From Fistulifera solaris (taxonomy: Eukaryota): DNA of 64,000 bases. The notes beneath the pieces were generated by a model. That model did not search any database. It was not told the DNA's origin and was given only the letters and a program-made list of their open reading frames with translations. Positions within the stretch are counted from its first letter, which is position 1; every line of letters starts with the position of its first letter. The translations under genes and the position numbers were made by a program. The stretch spans positions 1,178,001-1,242,000 of the forward strand of contig AP026126.1 in the NCBI GenBank assembly GCA_030295235.1. Reading direction: 5' to 3'. Positions 49,031 to 63,353 of the stretch are shown piece by piece.

Positions 49031-50181
49031 TTATAAGTTTTGTCCAGGTCCTTCCGCAGTCAGTTTTTTCATGGAGTAAAAGTCGGGTTCCACGTTAACG
49101 TTTTTCGGGCGGAACTTTCGACGGTCCTCGCCTTGTGGAACGCCTACGCGTCTCATGTGAAGTGCTAAATTGGGTTTTCCTTTCAGGAACAGTTCATGAT
49201 AATAGCCACCAGCGTCCGGTCCTGACGTTAAACGGAGAAAGCCGTATAAATTTAGTTGTCTGAAAATATCGAAATCCAAATGCTTTGTGAGATGACAGCT
49301 AAACAGAATTCTTACGCGTAAGGCAACGAAACGGATTCTTACCGAGCAAACGAGTTCCATTTGCTTTGCTTAAAGTAAATGGGCATAATTTCCGTCACAA
49401 ACCTATCCATATCATGAACACCAAACGCTCTTCCGTGCGAGTAGAACGAAACAATCTCCGACAGTCCTTTCTCTTCCACCTCTCTCAACATTCTGTGCAA
49501 TTTTTCGGGAAAAGGCTCCGACACTCCTCCTCGTGTACGACGCAATACCGTATCCTCCGGACTCGGACCCTCCATCTCTGCAACGTCAATGTAGGGGTCC
49601 GTTTTCGTGCGAAGTGAAGTTCCTAAAGCTTCAAGAGCTTTCTCGCCGTTTACAGGGAGCGGAGCACTCGGTGCGGGTACCTGAGTGCTTGGTATTGCAG
49701 AAAGGATGGGCATTTTCAGGGACTGCATTTGCTGGCTCGACATTTCCTTTTGATCATATTAAGGTACGACTGCTGAATGAGCAGTCGCTTGCTCTCCTCG
49801 TTAATCTTTCGTTGAAGAAGCGACGCCTTCGCTAATTCCAGAAGCTTGCTTCGCTCACTAGCGGCAGTCGCCGAAGCCATCAAAATTAGCTTCGGCACCC
49901 AGGCCCGAAGTTCCTGGGACGAAGGAAGGAGCACAGGAAGGAAAGCTCAGACCTAGACTTTGTGCGACGAGAGCGTTGTTACGGGACGGAAGAAAGGATG
50001 CATCGAAAGCAGCAGGAGGGGTAGTACCGCGTCCGGTATTGAGCTGCTGGAGCGATGAAGCAAATGATCGAACATCGACACCATTGGTGCGACTTCCCAT
50101 GCCCAAATCCAGTAGCACATCACTCAAAGAGGACTGTAAAGTGCTTCGAAGAGCATCGCGATCGTTATTTGGAATAGACAT
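49031..50181 (-). CDS. HSF: HSF-type DNA-binding domain transcription factor; intron 49260-49342; frameshifts in the 5' part
   Basis: PFPEKLHRML...IVSFYSHGRAFGVHD...F...IMPIYFKQSKWNSFAR|QLNLYGF.R...YYHELFLKG. Confidence 0.92.
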
Positions 50182-52322
50182 ACTGTTGGTATCGTACGAA
50201 ATCAACCAAATAAAAAGAAATGCAACACGCAAACTGCCTCCCTGACGGTTCGTTTTGGAAAGAAGAGGCGCAGCGTGGCGCTTCGTATCCCCTACGTTGT
50301 AGGTAGATCGTTGGTGGTCTTTCAGTTCTACTTGATTGCAACTTGGCGGTGCTGTTTTTCTCGGGCTAAATTCTCTCTTGTACTCCATGCTGTAGACTCT
50401 CCAATGGCGTGCAAGCGGTACTGATAAGCGATAAGATTGGGCATTTTCATTTTTGATACGTAAGAGTACAAGTTCCTTTTCGGACTTCGGACTCAGCCAA
50501 CAACGAACGCCATTTTGCTCTACTTTTTCGGCAGATACGGAAGTTCCGAACTCCAAGGAAGAGTTGCAATGCAAAGAAGTAGAGAAGCCTTCCCACCGTT
50601 TGGCTTCTTGCTTCTTAGCCAATGAGAGCACAGAGAAGGAGAAAGGCAACTGAAATCCCACGTGATCTGTGATGATCTCCTGCTCCGTGCTCCGCCTCTT
50701 TCTCACTGATCTCTCCGCAACAGGCAACAGGCGACAACGGACAACCGTACAACGTACAACGCAACCGGCGTTTGCCATTACCAGGGTACTTAGGCGGTCT
50801 TCACTCTTCACTACCTAGTGCAGAAAGGAATGCCAAGGGAACCTCCAGCATCGAGCATGCAGGGAAGAGAGAAGAGAGCGCAGAATGCAGAGGGAAGGCA
50901 CGAGCGAACCGTAGATACTAGGTAGATAGAGCAGATGTCAAAATTCTAATTTCCTATAGTCTATCATCCATGACCATGACCACGACCCAGAGCGAATGAC
51001 CGCACAACGAATTCGAAGAACAAAGTCCAACTATCTATTACCCCGGACCTCGGAGCCCCGGAGTCCCGGAGTACTCGTTTACAAAATACTTAGACAACCG
51101 TAGTTGAGACAGGAAATTGCAGTATGCAGTAAGAAGTACCCGGTATCCTCTCTCCGCTTGGCTCTGGGATCGAAGATCGTAGATCTTAGGTAGAGCAATG
51201 CAGAAGGCAGTGTGGAACAGAGCACAGAGCATCGAATGATGCGAAGAAACCCGAGTCCTCAGCTTATGTCTTAAGTCATACTGCAAAATTCTAACGGCCC
51301 TGATGGCTGATCGCGCTCTCTCGCTACTCGCTAGAGAGGCTTCCCGCCTCCCGGGGTTGTGGTGATAACCCATTTGACGTTTGGACGGCGATGGCATCGG
51401 CGTCCTCCCGGTTTCGGAGACTTTTTCAACATGCAACGCTTTACCTATTAAAAAAAGTGCCATGTGCCCATTATTTGGAGTCATGTCTTTTTTGTAACAC
51501 TTTTCTGTTCACCTCCGCTCCACGTTCCACGTGTCATCTGTCACCTCTCTACGGAGTATTTTAAGTTTCAGTTACCAGGTAGTCTCCCATTTCCGAGCTG
51601 CTAAGAATTTTCCCGATAAAGGAATGCGTCGAAAAAATGACCATGGTGTGCACAAGAGAACGCTAAATTGGTGCGATATCTTTCTGACTGAAAATCCAGT
51701 CTTTGGCTAAAGCATCAAACGCTTTACTCCAAACCAAATGGTTCGGGAAGCCTTTCGACGCCAGCTGTCAAGCGCTGCAACAAATACGTTGCTGCGAATG
51801 TTCCTGGCCTTCAAGCACAAAGGCAAGGTCTGCTGGCGAAGAAGAAATTGACGAATGACAGATCGAAGGATCGAACAAATGCTAAGGACTAGTGAGGTTT
51901 ATGGAGATCAACCAGTTCGCATGCAACTCCATCCAACATCGCTGTTCCGCTACTTTGGCTTTCCATTTAATGCACTGCCTGGTTTGGAAACGCAGCAAAT
52001 CTTCTGATAGATTAGACCCTCTAGAGACTAGAGAGAAAACCGAAAAATATACTGCATCATACTCTGGAGTAAAAACTGCCAGAAACCTTAAGGTTACTGG
52101 ATGTTTGATGACGTCGAAAGGGCCACTTCAACGGGTACCGGTAGGGCATAGGACCACAACTTGAATAATTCTCGATTACGTCACAGACATCCGAGAAAAC
52201 AATGATTTTCATTGAATGTTTTCGTTTAGGCGGAATATTGGTGGCACTGGTAATTTATCTTCGAAAAGAATACTCACGGTGATAATCCACAAGCGTGCAT
52301 TTTGCTGCTTGACTGTTTGAAG

Positions 52323-54418
<2,096 letters not shown>

Positions 54419-54744
54419 AAAGTAATCTAGATCGTTTTAGTCTTTAGAGCCCAACTCGATTTATTTTCTTCACGTGACCATTGTGTCCCCTCTCTAGATT
54501 TACTAGTACTCCACTTCATGCAATCATCAGAGGCACTAGCCTTAGCAACACAGTGAAAGATCATCTTCGACTAGAGTTAGTGATAGACGTGCCTCTAATT
54601 TAATTTCTGCGAAGGCGGGTGCCGTTTTTGTTTTCATTCATTTGACTTTCATTCAATCATTAGCCTGAATAGCTTGTAACGCATTCGTCTCGCTTACAGC
54701 ACTTGGTAATAGCCAAGAAAAAATCGTTTTGTTTCCCTTCTAAC

Positions 54745-56351
54745 ATGACGAACGAAGAAGGGGAGATATCTCTTAAAGAAATAGTAATTGCATCGCAAAT
54801 CCAAGCTTCATACGATCCTATCCGGTCCCAAAGCACTTTGAGCCAGTGTGACGACAAATCACCTTCGTTTTCGCTACCTAAAAGAAAAGAAAGGCTCCAT
54901 TACGGTTCCGATAGTCCAAGATCCGAATCGGAAAATAGTTTGTCAAATGAGAATGATTTTGCGAACTTGGAAGCATTCTTAAATGACACATCAATGGGTT
55001 CGACTAGCTACAAAAAGAATGCTGCGGCAAATCCAGATGACGAGGCGACAGCCAGAAAACGCTTGGCAGATGGAGAAGATCTAGGTGAATTTCGACACTC
55101 GAACAGTGATGATCTCGGTAATTATACGTCAGCAAGTAGCATTCCGATGGGACATTCATCAAGCCGACAATCGACGCGTCATCCGTCAGCTTCCTCTAGA
55201 AATCGTACTGGTGCGTCCGACCCAACGCTGCGTGATAATTTTCCAACGTTGATGCCTTCTTGTCTAATGGATAGTGCGAGTCGGAATCATAACTCAATCT
55301 TGGAGAAGTCGCGCAAGATGGCAGCGCAAAATAAAAGACAGCGAACGACGCGAAAGATTAGCGAGGGGCGATCCAATCGAACACTATTCACCATTGGGCG
55401 GAGGTATGTTATCGACGAGAAATTGAATTTGCGTTCGTTTATATGCAGCAAAAGACACTAATTTGGTTATAGGCCCTCTCATTGGGATCAGCGCGATCTG
55501 GCCGCATCAAACAAACGTCCAACGAGGAGCCTCGATATGAATTCCAAAAGAAGTCGAGCGGCAGTGCTATCAACTTTCACTCAACATAGCATAAGCGAGG
55601 GAAGACTTTCTAGTACAAGAAAACATTTATCGACACCTGCCAGGCAACCCGATCAGAATGTTGCTGCGATCCAATGTCAGGATCCTATTGTCGACGATTT
55701 GGAACAAGAAACGCCCAGGGAGTTCAGTCGTAACAGCTTTGCTGCCAGTTTTATGTCGCTCCCTTCAAACTCCGCTCCAATATCGGATAAAATGACTGCT
55801 TCTCCCCATTTGTCATCGCCGCAACTACAGTCATCGATGGGAACACGCAAGAAGTCAAAAGCCCTTTTTTCGGGTCGTCTGTGCAAACGACTTCAATCTA
55901 TACGGGACACAATCAGAGGAGACAAAATACGCTTTCAGAGCGGACAGTATCCGTTCTCCGTCGTGTCGCTCGATATGAATGATCCTCGTAATCGAGCCAC
56001 CTCGTTACTGGATGTCACATTGGTTGAAACATCGGGCACGAACTACCTTGAAAGTCAAAAGGTTGTTATGCTAGGGTTTGTGCATCATGCGACCGGTCGC
56101 TTATCGCATTTGATATCCCACTTTGCGTGGATTTGTTTCGCCTGTGACACAGCCCGTGAGCTACTGCTAGAAAAGGAAAGCAGCTTCGCATCTACAATTC
56201 CCTATCCATGGAACTATCCGGATCTTTTTGCGGTTTTAGTTCCAGTACACTCCCAGCAGTCAAGACGATGATTCTAGCAACGACGCTGTGTGAGCTTTAT
56301 CCCCAAGAGTTGCCACAACTCCCTGACGCACCGAACATTCTTCAGGAATAA
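54745..56351 (+). CDS. Hypothetical Ser-rich protein; intron ~55404-55472
   Basis: Two long same-strand ORFs joined by a GTATGT...TAG intron. No family recognised. Confidence 0.55.
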
Positions 56352-56380
56352 TGCATCGTAGGTCTCCGCGTAAATGTCAT

Positions 56381-57151
56381 TTACTTGAAAGGAAATTGCT
56401 GCATAAGATCAATTTTGAGCCTAGGATCTACGTCTTGTCTACCTTCCAATTCCCCTGAAGTCATTTCCGCAGGTGGACCCAATGCGGCTGAGCCGGGCCC
56501 AAAGGTATCTAGATCTGACTCGACGAAGAAGAGAGATCGTCTTCGACTGCGCAGAACAGGTATTTTGAGATAGCGAAGTTCTTTACGAATGAGTTCTGCC
56601 CTATCAATATTTTTCAGTTTGGAAGAGAATCCTGCAGTTGACGCTATACGAAACTGGACCGTAGTGTCATTCGGTGTGAAATAAAACTCGCCAACGGAAG
56701 TGTCACGTAATCTATCGATAAAGACGACCCGCAAGTATCTCCCCTCCTGTACCTCGACTTGCATTTGTTCATTCCGTCGATTCGATACTATTTGTAGAGC
56801 TGGTACTAATCGCTTCATCTGCGTTTCCCAGTCCAACGAATCGCTTTCCGAATAGTCCCAGGGCTCGGCGAAAATCCCTGGTGTATCATCCTGTGAAGAT
56901 ACACATCCGTTTCCTCCCAAAGCCATCTTCCCGCGGGGACAATCTGCAAGTAACCCGTCCCAAACACCCAAGCAGTTACCTTCGTTGCAATTGGGATCTT
57001 TTCCTATGGTCTCGGCTGCGTTGCACGATGATATTAGAGCTTGAGTTGCCAGCCCGGATAAGCAAAATCGGCGACGGGTCGTGTCGAAAGAAAGGGCTTC
57101 CATCTCTTCCAGCACGACTTGTAACAGTATCACGTGTATGCTGAACTTCAT
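56381..57151 (-). CDS. DUF1499-like protein with secretory/plastid presequence (possible thylakoid-lumen protein)
   Basis: Signal peptide, RRRF plus hydrophobic stretch ending CNA, then LADCP....CVSSQDD and EFYF...D..VQFR. Confidence 0.7.
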   Translation of the reverse strand: MKFSIHVILLQVVLEEMEALSFDTTRRRFCLSGLATQALISSCNAAETIGKDPNCNEGNCLGVWDGLLADCPRGKMALGGNGCVSSQDDTPGIFAEPWDYSESDSLDWETQMKRLVPALQIVSNRRNEQMQVEVQEGRYLRVVFIDRLRDTSVGEFYFTPNDTTVQFRIASTAGFSSKLKNIDRAELIRKELRYLKIPVLRSRRRSLFFVESDLDTFGPGSAALGPPAEMTSGELEGRQDVDPRLKIDLMQQFPFK

Positions 57152-57259
57152 CCAGTTTTTCTTTATTTCGGTGAAGTCTGGTGAGTGTATTGTTATGGTT
57201 TGAACCAGGTAATGATGAATTGTTATGGAATGATGAAAACGTTAAGTGAGAAATTGTTT

Positions 57260-57511
57260 GGGAGAACGATTACTACAACTAGCCGCCTTCTGTATCGAGG
57301 CCCAGCGGGGAGCTTTTTCGTTCTCGCCCTTCCCGTAAGCGGGGGCTATAGGTCCCCGGGGACAGCGTCAAACCCGTGATCCCAGACATCCGGGACAGCC
57401 GTTCCGCACCGACACGGCGCTCTGATTAACTAAGAGCCTACGTTATCACATAGGTCCGCGTTGGCATTAGATCAACCTAAGTAATTTGGCCGACCGCCAA
57501 CGTATTTTTTG
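57260..57511 (+). ncRNA. Candidate structured ncRNA (chain of hairpins ending in ATTTTTTG)
   Basis: GC-rich island in AT-richer intergenic DNA with about 9 back-to-back inverted repeats. Confidence 0.4.
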
Positions 57512-57690
57512 TCTATATTTCAAACTGTAGCGCGTTCATCCTCGTTTAGTTTTTGTTTCGTCATCAATGCCAAAGATCATCATTTTGTTGCTTGCCATCT
57601 CGTTTTCAATTTCATTTCTCTCAACTTACCTCTACTTCCTCATAGAGAATTATGTGGACGTTACAGAGATTCTGAACCGGTGTACTTCAT

Positions 57691-57949
57691 CGTTCAGCAA
57701 ATTTCTTGAGCCCATTTGTCATTGTTGCATTGCAAAAGGCTTTACCTGGTAGCAGCGTTTGTACTAGAAACGTTTTGTGCGTCTTTACTATGAACAATAG
57801 TGTTGTCTGTTCTTCGCCACGACTGCACTTCAGTCATGAATACATATTTTTGGGAGCGACAATGCTGCCTACAATACGTTCGTTCAGCAAACTTCTTGAG
57901 CTCCATTTGTCATTGTTGCATTGGCAAAGGCTAGCAGCGTTTGTACTAC
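57691..57949 (+). repeat. Local direct duplication (~70-75 bp; copies ~57691-57766 and ~57881-57949)
   Basis: CGTTCAGCAAA.TTCTTGAGC..CATTTGTCATTGTTGCATTG...AAGGCT...AGCAGCGTTTGTACTA occurs twice. Confidence 0.85.
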
Positions 57950-58309
57950 ACGCCTTAATATTTGTAAGTCGAAAAGCCTTGTCTATGGTAAATACGCAGA
58001 CAACGTTTCGCAAGCCTTAATCTACTGATTAGCGACGACTAACTCATAGTCTCATAGTTGAACGGAGTTCAAGATATCGACGTCTGACTGTCGCTCGCTG
58101 AAAACGCACGTGGTGCCGTGTTTCCCAAAAGTTTCGCAGTTACCTGATAGTGTTTCCCATTAATAGGCGTTCTCGGTTTATCTTCAGAAATAAACAGTCG
58201 TCTGCGTAATCACGATAGCTATTATAATATTGCTTCATGCGACCTACGATGACGAAGTCGACTTCTCGAAAGCTAATCCTTTTGCTTTCCTTTTTAGGAA
58301 CGTGGACTA

Positions 58310-59506
58310 ATGGCTTTTTTGCCGTCAGCTGCGCGCAATTTCTTCCACTGTCAATCACTCGCAAAAACCAGTCTAGTTCGTAAAGCTTCTACTCAAGAAG
58401 ATCCCACGGATGAACTCAGCGAAGAAAGAAAGGCGTCACTCTTTCAGTTCTTGTTAAGAGATTTGCAAATAGAGGGTGTCCCCCTTTTGGAAGTGGATGC
58501 GGATCGAGTTCACATTTTACAAGCCGCCATTTGGACAACCATGGCAGAAATGTCCACCCAATCGGACGAGCAAAAAACTTGTCTCATTTTTGAGGCGATC
58601 CCGATCACAGCACTGCGTGCCTTTGTGGATGATTTTATGATCTTGAAAGCACAAGACCGTCTCATGACCCAGGTTTCGGAATTACGGCGATTCAATCTAT
58701 TGTTGGTGGGCAAGGGTGTGGGTCCTGCTATTCTCATTGAAGCGTCAGCTCAAAAGGACGCTGCCAAATGTGGAAAGGCCATTCCAGTGGATGTAGACAG
58801 AAGTGCTGCTGTCATGAAAATGTTTGTCGACCGGATGGTAGCCGAGAAGCAAGTTTCAGGCTATCCTTCTTCGAATGGATCGGTAGCGCAAAACTCTGTA
58901 CCTTCCATGAGCTTCCCTGCGTGTCCGTATACAGATGCCTGTCATATTCTATCGTCGTTTTGGAATCAAGTTTGCGAAATCTTGGCCTACCCCGGAGAGT
59001 TGCGGTCCTCTATGTTGCTCCTACCTGGTGTTGAAAGTGGGAATTTCCCGCGTTTCTCGGCAATAGCCGAACTCATCAGTCGCAGTCTTTGTTTGTATCG
59101 AGTGGATGATGCGTTAGAACTCCTGCACTTTCATCCGATGTACGACCGAGCCTTTGTCTTTCCGGAAGATATGCCTGCCCATGGCCATATTCCACCGATC
59201 TCGTGGCTAAAACCAATGTTACAATTCAATGGCTATACAGCTGCCGCGCAAGACTTGTCCGACGATGAAGTTCGACTTATCAACTACATACGAAGGTCTC
59301 CTATTTCGGCCGTATGTGTCGTTCCAGTAGACCTTTGGATGGCGGCGCTAGGACCAGAGGATGGCGTTGTACATTTGGAGATCGGTGGAGTGGTACAGCA
59401 GGCCAGCGGCGTTTCGTCATACTCTAGAAATGTTCTAGAAGCTTCGGAAAAAGGAGAGAGTGTATTACGAGAAGCCCTGAGTGCTGAAACTGCAATTCTA
59501 ATGTAA
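58310..59506 (+). CDS. Hypothetical protein with organelle-presequence-like N-terminus
   Basis: Intact 398-aa ORF. LLHFHPMY and Y.RRSP motifs; family not securely recognised. Confidence 0.7.
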   Translation: MAFLPSAARNFFHCQSLAKTSLVRKASTQEDPTDELSEERKASLFQFLLRDLQIEGVPLLEVDADRVHILQAAIWTTMAEMSTQSDEQKTCLIFEAIPITALRAFVDDFMILKAQDRLMTQVSELRRFNLLLVGKGVGPAILIEASAQKDAAKCGKAIPVDVDRSAAVMKMFVDRMVAEKQVSGYPSSNGSVAQNSVPSMSFPACPYTDACHILSSFWNQVCEILAYPGELRSSMLLLPGVESGNFPRFSAIAELISRSLCLYRVDDALELLHFHPMYDRAFVFPEDMPAHGHIPPISWLKPMLQFNGYTAAAQDLSDDEVRLINYIRRSPISAVCVVPVDLWMAALGPEDGVVHLEIGGVVQQASGVSSYSRNVLEASEKGESVLREALSAETAILM

Positions 59507-59560
59507 AATAATCTACAGTAGAGTAGCATGATGATATGGCTGCCTTGTTGTTGACTGTGT

Positions 59561-61399
59561 TCACGTTCGGGCAGCTCCATTCTGGGAGTAGACTATGCGG
59601 GTGGAAGCCATTGGATGACTAAAAGAGTGAACGGGAACGTGTCTCAAGACGCCCAAGTTGTCTAGCATATCTGCTTGATCAAGTTCCGGCGGTGAGTAAG
59701 CGACGAAATTTGTGCCCGCCCATTCGTTTTTCAATCTCCAGAAATGTCTATTGGAATCGCATTCGATATCCATCTTTTCCAAGAAAGACCAAGAAGGACG
59801 ATGCTCACGGATGTCACCAAGCCGCAAAGACCGTAAGGAAAAGAGCCACTTTTCAGGGTCCTCATCGCGTGTCATGAAAACCCATTTCACGACGTTGAGT
59901 TGATTCGCACCTAGATCTATCGTCACGAAAGCGGCCAAGCGACTGTCTTTGACGCGGAAGCTCACAATAAGCTCCACCCTACTACAGTCATCATGGGTAC
60001 ACACGAACAAATTCAATGTATTCTCTTTTCGACACTCAGTACTTAAACCCAAGTCGCGTTGAACGAGTCTCCGCACTTCTAAACAAACAAAAAAAATATC
60101 GAATTTTAGCTCCGAAAAGATATCCATCTCGCTCACAACTGCTGTCTCGGATAACAAAGTTTCATAGTCATCAAGATTCTCCTCCCACTCTTTCGATAGA
60201 TTGTAAACTTTATTCTCCCAAAGTGCATCCGCTTCGTCGAGCGGACAAACTTTACCAATATCGAGCCGAATGTGTTCGGTGTGGCGATGATTTGCAGTAG
60301 GTTCAACCTGTGAGTCTCCAACAAATGTCATCAATGGCATGGGCTGTGGAACCCAAGTTTCTGCAAAGGTCTTGATCCAACAGAAGCGCATGATTGACCC
60401 ATGATGTATTACCAATACTTTGCAGGGAACTTTGTGTTGCGAATTATGGATAGTTGACGATAAAGTTTTCGCATTTGATGAAAACAAATACAGGTCAAGA
60501 TTGTTGTACCGCTTCCCCAAGTTCAACGTTCGCACAGCTAAGCTGGTACGCTTTCTACTTCCAAGCAATGGAAACAAGGTTATTACATCATCGATTCTCG
60601 CATAGGGATGCTGCATGAACAATGACAAGGATGAGAGTGATGCAAATTCGAAATTCGAAAAGCAGACGGCAGGACAAGAACTTACATTTGACGGTACCGA
60701 CTGCAGTGAACCCACTTTAGCGACCCCCAGCGTGCCATCACGGTGAATCATAATAGATGTCGCAAGCACAGCGGGAAAACTCATTTCGTGCAACCACAGA
60801 TCATCCACGACGTAGCTGACAGGTATAGTGTGCAGCAGTGGCGATACAGGCGCCCCTATCGTATTCCAGGAAAAGGAGGAGCTCTGGCTTTACTTGGCAG
60901 TCCTGTTAGCGAAAACCAAAAATCAGAAACACTTTAATAAAAAATGTCAAAGAACGTTTTTTTTCGTACCGTACAATCGAATAAACAAGCCATGATCTTG
61001 AAAACACAAAGGCTCATCCTCTCTCTCGCTGTATCCTCCCAGAGCGACAGCATACGAGCCAGTACTATCAATTCCAAGTATAGCGTCTTCCGCTGGAGTC
61101 TGAAGCTGACGGAATGTGAGAGTCCGACGGGCGAAACGTCGCCATCCGTTTCCTCCCTGATCACGTAACATTTTTTCTTGCCAATCCAGTACACCACCCC
61201 GCGACCAAATACCTAGCTCACGGCGCTTTAAATGCAATAGAGTATGTACATTTCGTCTAGGAACTTGTTTTTCACTGTGCACAAGACGGAAAGATACATC
61301 TTGGACTAGCGGGATCGATCGTTTACGAGCAGAACATGTTTCGGTAGAGGTCGTGATAGGTCGACGACGGCGTCGTCTATGCGGAGGGTCTTCGTTCAT
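59561..61399 (-). CDS. Hypothetical protein, two ORFs probably joined across an indel or intron near 60960
   Basis: 150-aa and 415-aa same-strand ORFs. ATG at 61399; T-run at 60957-60964. Confidence 0.55.
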
Positions 61400-61978
61400 C
61401 TTCTACAAGTAAATTTTCTCAATTACGAATGCTGTTTGCTGCCTCCCGCTGGATATAGCTTGAAGCGAAGAAATTCGTCCAACGAAAGAATCATTCTAAT
61501 CGAGCAGCATTGACGATCAATCACAATACCTGGTAATGGTGTCATTGCGTCTTTTTCAAGTCAGTCCCGAGTTGGGTCCCGCATTATATGGGGCCTTCTT
61601 TGTCAGATTGATGGTCTGGACGTCAATCAGAGTGGCTTAAATATCATGGATCATGGATCGGGATCAGGGTAAAAATACGACGTGATTGGGATGCCTCTGT
61701 GGTTCGATTCCACAGTCGGTCCACAGTACGGTACCTGGTACGTTAGTACTACGTATTTTAACACTTCTTATTCGTTGACGCTGTCTTTCCGGTTTTCACT
61801 CGAATTATTGCGGCGCCGAACCTTTTGTTTTGTTCGTGTGTTGCGACGTTATCATAACGAGCCCCCGCAGAGGCACGAGTCAACTTCCATGAGCACACCG
61901 CCCAAACAAAATCGCCGCTTCTCGTCTTCTTTGCTTAGAAACTTAGCATCGTCGCTCAATACTGTCAAATCGTTCGCA

Positions 61979-63195
61979 ATGGCTCACGATCCTAGAGTTT
62001 CACAGACGCTTGCTCGATTGGGAGGCGTGTACCGTGACCCTTGGCGCGTTGACCGTGATGCTAGTGCTCTGCTTCGGAGCAGCGTAGGGGCCTATTTAGT
62101 ACCTATTATTGCTGATCATTTCGAAGACGACGGAACTGAAGCCCTTGTCCTAGATTTGAAAGGAACGATCGCTACTCATTACCGAGGAAATACCTATCAC
62201 ATACTCGTCGAAATGTTCCTTGCGCCGGGCTACCCTGGTCGTCCGCCCATTTGTTTTGTGCGCCTTGCTGAGAACATGTTTTTCAAAGAAAATCACATGC
62301 ACGTGGGATCAGATGGAAAGGTCTATCTTCCTTATTTGCATGAATGGAGTAGTCATACACACAATCTTATCGAGTTGGTTGTCGCTATGAGCTCCGTTTT
62401 TCCGCAGACCCACCCGTTTTTACTCGAGCACCGACGGAAGGGCCGAACCGCCCGAATGATCCTCCTCTGCCGTTATTCTCTCCCACGACTTCGACGGTAT
62501 CAACGTCATCGACTGCTTCTCACCAGAGCCATGATTATCATTTGCAACGGATGCAACAAGAGCAAAGAATGCAGGAGCAACTTCTTGTCGAACAACGGTT
62601 AGCCGAATTACGCATCGCGGAACAGCGTGTAGCAGAAGAGGAAGCGCGGGAGCGTCAATTGCAGGCGCAAAGAGAATGGGAAGAACGACGAACGCAGCAA
62701 GTGAGACAGGACGTGGCGAAGAAGATCACTTCTCACATTCAAGACTTATCGCAACAGTGCCAGCAAGAGTTACAGAATGACTGGAAGGATCAGCAAAACC
62801 TGACGTACTCGGCAGAGCACAAGATTGAGCCACAAATCGAACTCTATAAAAAGAGTATTAATGATATGGAAAAGAGTATGAAAGAGGTTGACCGCAGCAT
62901 CAGCGAAATTCAGGTATGGTTGCAACAGGCTGAAGAGCATAAAGAAGAAGACGCGCATATTCCGGTGGATGATTTAGTCCAACCTGCTCACCGTCACCAT
63001 GAGCAAATGTTGAACCTATCCGCTGAAAACGCTGCCATTTCAGACGCACTGTACTTTTTGGACCGTGCTCTCTATCAAGGGAACCTGACCTTGGAAACAC
63101 ATTTGCGTCATGTAAGGAGATTGTCGAAGAGGCAATTCCTCGTTCGTGCGCACTTGCTGAAGATCAGCCAAACTTTCATGGTAATTTCCCGATGA
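61979..63195 (+). CDS. TSG101: ESCRT-I subunit TSG101/Vps23 (UEV + coiled coil + steadiness box); frameshift near 62400
   Basis: L.GTI...YRGNTYHI.V......YP..PP.CFV, HVGSDGKVYLPYLHEW and AENAAISDALYFL..AL..G.L.L...L..VR.LS..QF. Confidence 0.93.
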
Positions 63196-63353
63196 TAAAA
63201 TGCAAGTCAAAAACAAGTGTGCAGAAGATAAAAGATTTCAATAGTTAAAGAGTAGGAAACACGTATACTAATACTGACTAAACTCTCTAGGCTAAAGTAC
63301 CTCAAACAAATGATGGTGAGAGGGTGTAATCCTGCGACATCACAAATTCATCT

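Noticed and set aside
50182..51484. Upstream extension of the HSF ORF to 50811 and a 148-aa ORF at 51038-51484
   Set aside because: Composition looks like UTR or promoter sequence, with no protein motifs.
57262..57296. Minus-strand U2-like (TGTAGTA) or RNase P/MRP CR-V-like (ACAGAAGGCGGCTA) motif
   Set aside because: Flanking U2 stems and a suitably placed CR-I partner for P4 are absent.
57345..57366. SRP RNA helix 8 (TAGGTCC-CCGG-GGACAGC)
   Set aside because: Lacks the GNRA loop and the AGCAG 3' strand, and no long helix 5 can be formed.
57455..57482. TPP riboswitch (minus-strand TAATGCCAACG)
   Set aside because: No CUGAGA motif and no P4/P5 pairing.
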